Part shown: positions 34,513 through 40,904 of the stretch, in pieces
Numbering within the stretch: the stretch's first letter is position 1
Layout: each line of letters opens with the position of its first letter
Virus record (IMG/VR): IMGVR_UViG_3300046779_001206
Location: 1 to 40,904 of that record
DNA: 40,904 nt
Origin: a virus
Lineage: Duplodnaviria; Caudoviricetes
Direction: 5' to 3' (one strand)
Notes under the pieces: model-generated
What the model was told of the DNA's origin: nothing
What the model saw: the letters and a program-made list of their open reading frames with translations, nothing else
The model's database searches: none
Position numbers and translations under genes: made by a program

Positions 34513-36497
34513 CTTTTTAATGTTTGTACCATTATCTGTGCGTTAATTAATTCCAATGAAGTTGCGCCAACTAAAGTTATTGGATTAGTATTAGTCAACC
34601 CGCTATATTGTATTTGAAACAAATAAGTTACTGCGTTAGTGCTAGGAGGATTATCATACCAGCCAATATTAGTTTGTGTCCAATCCTGAGATGTAAGTGT
34701 TGATTGACTACTAGAATAACCGTATGAAGTGTCTTGTAATAATATTACATCGCTTTGACCACTTTGTCTACGAACTAAACGAATACCAGCGGTACCTACT
34801 TGATTTGATTTGGTTGCGTCAAACCATGCTCTTAATGGCGCAACACTAAAGATACAAAATGTATACAATCCTGAATTTAATACAGTAATTGATGCCGAGG
34901 TATCAAACCATGTTGTAGATGGATTAGTATATTTGCCAGTATTTGCTCTATAAAAAGAAGTATCCGTTACAGAGCTGGGTACAATAGTGGTAGTAGTAAC
35001 AGTGTTTGCTAATAAGGCATTATTTTGAATAAGGTTACCAACACGAACATCACCAGTGAATAAGGCATTGCCACTACCAGCATCTAGGAAGAAGCCTACG
35101 TTGCTGGTATCTGTAGTTGATATAACACTGCCACCACGCATACTAAGCGCATACACATCATTTGATTTAAGTGTAGTTGATGTAACACTACCAGTGATTA
35201 GCAAACTACCATTGATTACTTGGCCAACTGAGTTGATCCAGTTACTGCCATCATAACTTTTAACTACTGAAATGCCACTACCAGTGTGCGAGAACTGAGC
35301 AGTATCACCAGCGATTGGTTGATAGCCAGTGCCAATAGGAGCACTACTGTTAGTTCTTGCGGCAGCAAAAGCGTCAGTAAGTTGAGCAGATGTTAAGATT
35401 AGTGGGTTAACAGTGGTAATAACATATGCCATTGGAATAATACCACGAGTGCCTGCTTGACCAACACTGCCGCTTTGAAATGTCATTGCTGGTGTTGTCC
35501 ATGATGTAGTATTACTAACTGTAGCAGTAGCATCAGTTGTTCTGAATGTTGCCATTGACGACCAAACTGGCGTGCTTGCTGATGTGCTTGGAATAGTAGC
35601 ACTCCAACCAGTAGGAGCTGTTAGGGTAGCAGTAGAGAAGTCGTATGTGCCAGTGGTACCAATAGCAAGAGGCGTGACAGCGTTAGCTTGATACACGATA
35701 CCAACAATACTAGTAATGCCGTTTGCGCCATTAGTGCCGTTAATACCAGGCGCACCTGGTGCGCCATCTGTGCCATTACGAAACACAGCAGTAGGTTGAC
35801 TCCAAGTTGTAGCAGTAATACTGTCAGATACATTACTACTAAACAAGAATGATGACACATACACATTACTGGTGCCAGCACTAGGCACATTACTGTACCA
35901 ACCACTAGGCGTTACCAGTGTTTTAGTAGAGAATGTATAACTACCGCCAGTTGGAGTAGTAGGAGTAGTAGTAGCAGTTTTGTAAATGCTTGCTTGATAT
36001 GAACTGTAACCATCAGCACCAGAAGCACCACTAGCAACAGTAACAGTATCTAAGTCAATCGCAACGTATTCAGTAGCAGTATTGGGAACGGCAACCCAAT
36101 CGCCACCGGGAGCAGTTGTGCCAACCTGCCACTGAATATTGCGACCACCTGTGGTCTTGTAATACAATGATTTGTCTGTGCCAAAGCCACCACTAACTTG
36201 TTTGTAAGAGTAGCTTAGTTCATTTGTAGGGAATATTTCTTCTACGGTATTGCTAATGCCATAGTATCCTTTATTGGTAGCAAGTGGCGTAGCATTGGTG
36301 CCATAGCCATCACTACTAAAAATAACATACATCCAACGATTGCGATAGCCAAGAATAGTGCCAGCGGCGCTATAACTACCGTCTGTATTGTAAACAACGG
36401 TATTAGCAGTAGTAGCAGTAACATTGCCAACATTGGATGCTAACTGCTCTAACACTAAATTAAGCTGGCGATCACCAGTATCTGGTACAAAAATCAT
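34509..36497 (-). CDS. Tail fibre / host-specificity protein (662 aa)
   Basis: Collagen-like GTDGAPGAPGINGTNGANG; two G.Y.FS...L..P.GW modules; QVINGSLLITGSVT; followed by chaperone. Confidence 0.75.
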   Translation of the reverse strand: MIFVPDTGDRQLNLVLEQLASNVGNVTATTANTVVYNTDGSYSAAGTILGYRNRWMYVIFSSDGYGTNATPLATNKGYYGISNTVEEIFPTNELSYSYKQVSGGFGTDKSLYYKTTGGRNIQWQVGTTAPGGDWVAVPNTATEYVAIDLDTVTVASGASGADGYSSYQASIYKTATTTPTTPTGGSYTFSTKTLVTPSGWYSNVPSAGTSNVYVSSFLFSSNVSDSITATTWSQPTAVFRNGTDGAPGAPGINGTNGANGITSIVGIVYQANAVTPLAIGTTGTYDFSTATLTAPTGWSATIPSTSASTPVWSSMATFRTTDATATVSNTTSWTTPAMTFQSGSVGQAGTRGIIPMAYVITTVNPLILTSAQLTDAFAAARTNSSAPIGTGYQPIAGDTAQFSHTGSGISVVKSYDGSNWINSVGQVINGSLLITGSVTSTTLKSNDVYALSMRGGSVISTTDTSNVGFFLDAGSGNALFTGDVRVGNLIQNNALLANTVTTTTIVPSSVTDTSFYRANTGKYTNPSTTWFDTSASITVLNSGLYTFCIFSVAPLRAWFDATKSNQVGTAGIRLVRRQSGQSDVILLQDTSYGYSSSQSTLTSQDWTQTNIGWYDNPPSTNAVTYLFQIQYSGLTNTNPITLVGATSLELINAQIMVQTLKR

Positions 36498-38161
36498 CCG
36501 CGTTTTCCTAACACTTCTAAGTCAAAATCAAGTGATGTTAAATTATGCTCATTGCTATCGTTTGTAAGGACACGTAGCGCAATATAACGACCATTGCGAT
36601 TAGGGTCAATCTTGTAATCTACTAAGGTGTCGTAGTCACCACTGTAATCATTTGTAGACCAGTCAACACCATTAGCAAATGGAATATTACTAAACTTTAG
36701 CTCAACGGTAGCAACAGTAGCGCCTTGAATAAACAAATAAATGCTTGATAAGGCTTTGATCTTATCGGCGCCACTCATGGCCTCTAAGTCATATACTTTT
36801 TCAAAGATAGTTTGATAAGCAGTATCGGTGCCCCACTTGCGAACATAACCAATGTCTTGCGCATACAAGTTAGTGCCATACTGGAAGTGAAAGCGATTGT
36901 ATGCGTAGTTTAAGCCTGACCAACTGCGAATAGCACCACTGTCACCAATTACTGGACCGTATACCATTGAGTAGATGCCAGGTAGTTCTACCATGCTCCA
37001 GCCATTGCTTTCTACGTCCCAGATCAGCGCACGATCACATGCGCCATTAATACTGTCAACACTTGGATAGCAAACCCACACCTCATTGAAGAAGCGATTG
37101 TATCTAACAAAAGTGTTCTTTTGCCAAGCAGTATTGCGAGTTAGATACTGATTGAAGAATGTATCTTTGATGCGTTGGTTGACTAAACTTTGGAAGTCAA
37201 TACTACTACCAGTAGTTAAAATGATATCGTCAGTAGTTACAAATAAGACGCGGCCATCAAACGATTGAGCGCAGTCATTACTTAATAGGCCACGAACTTC
37301 CGAGAAGCGTTGTGGTTGAACTACTTGTTGTGCTGTTTGTAGCTTAGGAATGATGTATGTTTGATTAGTTGTAAACACTAATAAAGTATCACGCAATGGC
37401 AACATATCAATGATCTCATCACTGGTATCTAATGTTAGATAGCCAGCCCAGTTACTACTGGTTGTAGTAGTGCCACTGCTTGGCTCCCATACATCTGGAA
37501 TGTAGTTGTAAAGAGTATTGCTAACACTGGTAGCTTTGTCACTATACAAGATTAAGTTTGGATAGTATTCAAGCGTGCCATCCTGACGCTTTTTTGTAAT
37601 ATTGGCTGCCCATAGCTGATTGTCAAATGAGCGAATAGTTTTACAAGTTTGATATGTGTATGGGTTTGTATCGCTTGGTGAGTTCCAGACCCAACCAGGT
37701 AGGTCTTGTAGGATGCCACCAGGAGATACTGATGCGTTGTTAGTGACAAACTGTGGCGTAACTGTATCTGTATTACAGATCCATGTTAGACCTCCATACA
37801 AAGAGCTACTAGTCCATACAGTATCACCAAGAAGAGTAGAACCGTCCAAGCCGTTTACATATAAACCATTTTGTGAAATATTGATATCTTGGCCAGTTGG
37901 CGAAGTTTGATACACTTGACCGGCACGAGCAGTCATAAAGTATCCGTTTGTGGCTGTATTTTGTTGATTCCAAAAGTCAATTAAGTTAGGAGTGCCCAAT
38001 GGCATACCGCCCAACTCTAACTCTTGGCCACCGATTTTTGATGCGGCGGCTTTCCAGTTACGATAGTTAAACAACATTGTGTGTTGATTATCTTCCATTT
38101 TGTGCGGCGATACATCAGGTGTCATACCACCATTTTGATCACGAAACTTAACTAGTGCCAT
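36494..38161 (-). CDS. Tail nozzle / stabilisation protein (P22 gp10 or tubular protein B-like, 555 aa)
   Basis: GGMTPDVSP start, beta-propeller-like pattern, FNEVWVCYP...CDRALIWD....WS, NGRYIALRV. Confidence 0.75.
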   Translation of the reverse strand: MALVKFRDQNGGMTPDVSPHKMEDNQHTMLFNYRNWKAAASKIGGQELELGGMPLGTPNLIDFWNQQNTATNGYFMTARAGQVYQTSPTGQDINISQNGLYVNGLDGSTLLGDTVWTSSSLYGGLTWICNTDTVTPQFVTNNASVSPGGILQDLPGWVWNSPSDTNPYTYQTCKTIRSFDNQLWAANITKKRQDGTLEYYPNLILYSDKATSVSNTLYNYIPDVWEPSSGTTTTSSNWAGYLTLDTSDEIIDMLPLRDTLLVFTTNQTYIIPKLQTAQQVVQPQRFSEVRGLLSNDCAQSFDGRVLFVTTDDIILTTGSSIDFQSLVNQRIKDTFFNQYLTRNTAWQKNTFVRYNRFFNEVWVCYPSVDSINGACDRALIWDVESNGWSMVELPGIYSMVYGPVIGDSGAIRSWSGLNYAYNRFHFQYGTNLYAQDIGYVRKWGTDTAYQTIFEKVYDLEAMSGADKIKALSSIYLFIQGATVATVELKFSNIPFANGVDWSTNDYSGDYDTLVDYKIDPNRNGRYIALRVLTNDSNEHNLTSLDFDLEVLGKRG

Positions 38162-38390
38162 TATTTGCTTTCTTATTAAATGAAGTTTTTACAACTTTGC
38201 CATCTTTGCGAACAATATACATTTCTGCCTTTGGTTTAGTTAATAGCCATTCACAAGCTAAATCTAGCTTGTCCTTCAACTCAGGTTCCAATGGTTTACG
38301 TGACGGAGCGTAAACTAAATCTTCTGGTTTCTTCTTAGACCATGTTTTAGGCACCTTATAACGTGGCTGCTTAACTTCTTCACTCATCAT
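38148..38390 (-). CDS. Small basic hypothetical protein
   Basis: Overlaps both neighbours in operon fashion. Confidence 0.6.
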   Translation of the reverse strand: MMSEEVKQPRYKVPKTWSKKKPEDLVYAPSRKPLEPELKDKLDLACEWLLTKPKAEMYIVRKDGKVVKTSFNKKANNGTS

Positions 38391-38592
38391 CTACCTTAAA
38401 TGTAATCCGTGGTGGAAAGAATGATATTTCCTCAATCTTGTTTGCCCTGCGCCCGATGATGCGAATGCCAACGAACAGACCAAACAAGAATAAGCAAGCC
38501 GCAGTAAACAGGACACCAACAACCATAACCTCTACCACATGTACCAACCATAGTGGCAGAGATTTAACGAATGTAACTAAGGTTTCTAACAT
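38380..38592 (-). CDS. Small membrane protein (70 aa), possible holin
   Basis: Long hydrophobic stretch followed by basic GRRANK; probable start MLETL at 38592. Confidence 0.55.
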   Translation of the reverse strand: MLETLVTFVKSLPLWLVHVVEVMVVGVLFTAACLFLFGLFVGIRIIGRRANKIEEISFFPPRITFKVDDE

Positions 38593-38747
38593 TGTTGTCT
38601 CTTTTCTCGTTGTATTTGCCAGCACCGTTCTAGCAATTCATGACGTTTAGTCAAATATTCTTCGTAGGTCATCTGAAGATCGTCCAGTATTTCCTTCATA
38701 TCAATTTCACCAGTAGTCATTTTATCAATAAGTTCTTGCTGGGTCAT
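38586..38747 (-). CDS. Small hypothetical protein (53 aa; not in ORF track)
   Basis: MTQQELIDKM...KRQQC; TGATG overlap with the upstream gene and overlap with the downstream start. Confidence 0.6.
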   Translation of the reverse strand: MTQQELIDKMTTGEIDMKEILDDLQMTYEEYLTKRHELLERCWQIQREKRQQC

Positions 38748-40904
38748 CACTCAACATTGCCTTTGTAATCGTTAGTCTTATCAAACGCATCTGGCATTGG
38801 CTTTAAGCCTAGCAACTTACCGTTTGATGCTAACCAACCTAGTGCGTTCTTGACGTTCTCAAGTGAGCGACTGTTGTTGAGAGCAGTGTTATAGGTATTG
38901 GTAATAGCAGTAGTAGAAGCACCCTGAATAACAACTTCAGCCATTGACGAAGCACCGTTCAACATTGGTGAGCGATAGATAAGTCCACTGTTAGATGTTG
39001 GGTCTAAGCGACCTAAGTTAGATGCTTCTAAGCGAACAATATCGTTAGTGCCACGGTTAGCTGGCACATTTAGTGCCCATGTATCATTGAAGTAGACGCC
39101 CGGACGTAGCATATAACTATTATCAACAGCGCCAGCAGGACGTAGTTGGTGCTCACCGTAAACTGCTTGACCAAAACGTAAGCGAGTAGTATCTGCTAAG
39201 ACCCAGTTACGCCATGCTAGGAAGAAGTAGATAGCGTTGTAAGAACGAACAACTTCACCGTTGAGTGTTTCTGTTGGAACAATGATATCCTTTGTGGTGG
39301 TGTTGAATGTAGTAAGTGTGATAGTATCACGCCAAGCGACTACACCAGTTGTAGTATTGTCTGTTGATTGGTTAGTTGCTGGCATCAACACTTCTTCGCC
39401 ACTTGGCTGGATAACATAGGTAATACCAGTAGAGGCAAGAGTTTGATCAACTTCACCATAAGTGATACCAGCGCCAATCCAACGAATAGTTAGGTTGCGA
39501 TCTGTGTTCTGTAGGATAGTCCAGATATCAGCAGTTGTTTGGTTGAGTGCTAGTGTACCCTGAACAGCAATACCACTAGCATCAGTGATAATGTTTTCAG
39601 TGCCAGCATCAATAACAATGTAACTTAGTGCCTGTGTTTGAGCAGTTTTAGAGATAGAGATAACACGACTTTGTGGCTTAACATAGACACCAGCGGCACT
39701 GCTCAAGTTTAGTAACGCAAGCATACTACCAGCCAAGTTGGTGCCATCACGGTTCTGAACCCATAGACCCTGTGTTAGTGTGATAGTGCCGTCTGGTTGT
39801 AGAGCATAGAACTTAGAGGCAAACTCAGTATCAAATGTGGCAACAGCCGCAAACTGATTCAACAAGTATTGACGAGTAAGAGTTTGTGGGTCTACCTGAA
39901 CAATGTGTGTGAATGAGTGTTGTAAGCCGTTAACGTCAGTGCGGTTGATAGGGGTGTGAATGTGACGGTATAAGGCATCATTCTGTGCTAGGTCAGCATT
40001 GACTGAACTATCAGCAGTTTCACTATACTCAGTGTTTTCGTTTTGATAGTTACGCTGATAACTTGTTTGAGCATTTAGACGAACCAATTCAGTGCGGTCA
40101 ATAAACACGATTTGTTGTGATTTAATCTGTGTGCGGATTTGAACTTTTGCTTTGGTCAAGTCAATAGAGATTAGTCGCTCCTGTGTGCCAGTGTAGGTGT
40201 TAGATGTTTGTTGAACATCGTCATAAATCAAACTAACAATAACTTGGTGTGTGTTGTTGTTTACACGTAGGCGGTAGTAGAGGTTAGTAACAACATCACT
40301 AGTGTTCTTTGTGATGTAGCCTTCGCCAGTTGATAGAGCGTGGTTAGTAATACTCCAACCATCTAGCAATTCTAGACCCTTAACACTATCCAACTGAACT
40401 GGTGGACGAGTATTGAGAGTGCCACCTACATCGGCACGAACCCATAGGTCTTGTAGCACTGAGAATGTTTCACGTAGAGAACAAGCACTTACGAATGTAA
40501 TTGTCTTGTTAGTAGTATTGACATCAATATCACCACCAGCGTTGATAGTAGTGCCGTTTAGTTGACGAATAGAGCAATTACCAACACCATAACCAAATGA
40601 TTGTGGTAGGGATACTGGAATAGTGTTTGTGCCTTCAGCAACAGTGATACTACCACTAACTGACTGATAACCACTAGCATGAACACGATATGTAAGAGTC
40701 GTTGCTAGATCATAGCGAACAGTCATGTTGAGTGTAGAGCCAGTAGATACGGCTGTATCAGTTACTACACCAGCATTGAATACTGTTATACGAGCACCTG
40801 TTGGCAAGCCAGTGAATACTAGCGGAGCAGTAATAGTAGCAACTGTGTATGTGCCAGTAGAACCAGCCGCAAGAGCGAATCGGTTAGAGGCAATGTTAGT
40901 AGAG
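38747..40904 (-). CDS. 3' part of ~806 aa virion/tail protein whose true start is at 942
   Basis: Frame is open to the window end and continues through the circular overlap. Confidence 0.85.
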   Translation of the reverse strand, partial: STNIASNRFALAAGSTGTYTVATITAPLVFTGLPTGARITVFNAGVVTDTAVSTGSTLNMTVRYDLATTLTYRVHASGYQSVSGSITVAEGTNTIPVSLPQSFGYGVGNCSIRQLNGTTINAGGDIDVNTTNKTITFVSACSLRETFSVLQDLWVRADVGGTLNTRPPVQLDSVKGLELLDGWSITNHALSTGEGYITKNTSDVVTNLYYRLRVNNNTHQVIVSLIYDDVQQTSNTYTGTQERLISIDLTKAKVQIRTQIKSQQIVFIDRTELVRLNAQTSYQRNYQNENTEYSETADSSVNADLAQNDALYRHIHTPINRTDVNGLQHSFTHIVQVDPQTLTRQYLLNQFAAVATFDTEFASKFYALQPDGTITLTQGLWVQNRDGTNLAGSMLALLNLSSAAGVYVKPQSRVISISKTAQTQALSYIVIDAGTENIITDASGIAVQGTLALNQTTADIWTILQNTDRNLTIRWIGAGITYGEVDQTLASTGITYVIQPSGEEVLMPATNQSTDNTTTGVVAWRDTITLTTFNTTTKDIIVPTETLNGEVVRSYNAIYFFLAWRNWVLADTTRLRFGQAVYGEHQLRPAGAVDNSYMLRPGVYFNDTWALNVPANRGTNDIVRLEASNLGRLDPTSNSGLIYRSPMLNGASSMAEVVIQGASTTAITNTYNTALNNSRSLENVKNALGWLASNGKLLGLKPMPDAFDKTNDYKGNVE
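40226..40904. repeat. Terminal direct repeat / circular overlap, right copy
   Basis: Colinear with 1-679. Confidence 0.95.

Noticed and set aside
500-38650. Numerous plus-strand and alternate-frame ORFs nested in structural genes
   Set aside because: Shadow ORFs caused by codon bias of the real minus-strand genes; no start signals.
1-40904. Stop-codon recoding, introns or inteins
   Set aside because: Genes tile densely in the standard code with expected lengths for TerL, portal and MCP.

Overview
The window is an apparently complete, circularly closing ~40.2 kb podovirus-type phage genome. Bases 1-679 recur at 40226-40904 with 21 substitutions and no indels. Almost all genes lie on the minus strand and are virion or packaging genes: TerS, TerL, a P22-like portal, scaffold, DUF5309/SU10-type major capsid, a Dps-like protein, adaptor, about 8 fibre/adhesin-like proteins making up ~41% of the genome, tail nozzle, tail-fibre chaperone, ejection-type proteins and a GNAT. 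The plus strand carries only a 3-gene replication operon (VapE-like SF3 helicase, AEP-like primase, small ORF) next to an iteron-rich origin with a near-consensus sigma70 promoter. I recognise no DNA or RNA polymerase, sigma factor, integrase, repressor or endolysin. The strongest signal is a (A/C)TAAATA motif resembling T4-type late promoters. It occurs at about a dozen gene boundaries, oriented with the structural genes, three times exactly 5 nt before an ATG, although the genome encodes no recognisable late-transcription machinery. I infer that this may be a self-encapsidating satellite or hyperparasite that relies on a large T4-like helper phage. Two ORF-free structured regions directly behind this motif are candidate ncRNAs, and two 5' leaders are strongly structured. 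All product calls come from motif recognition by eye; no database searches were run.
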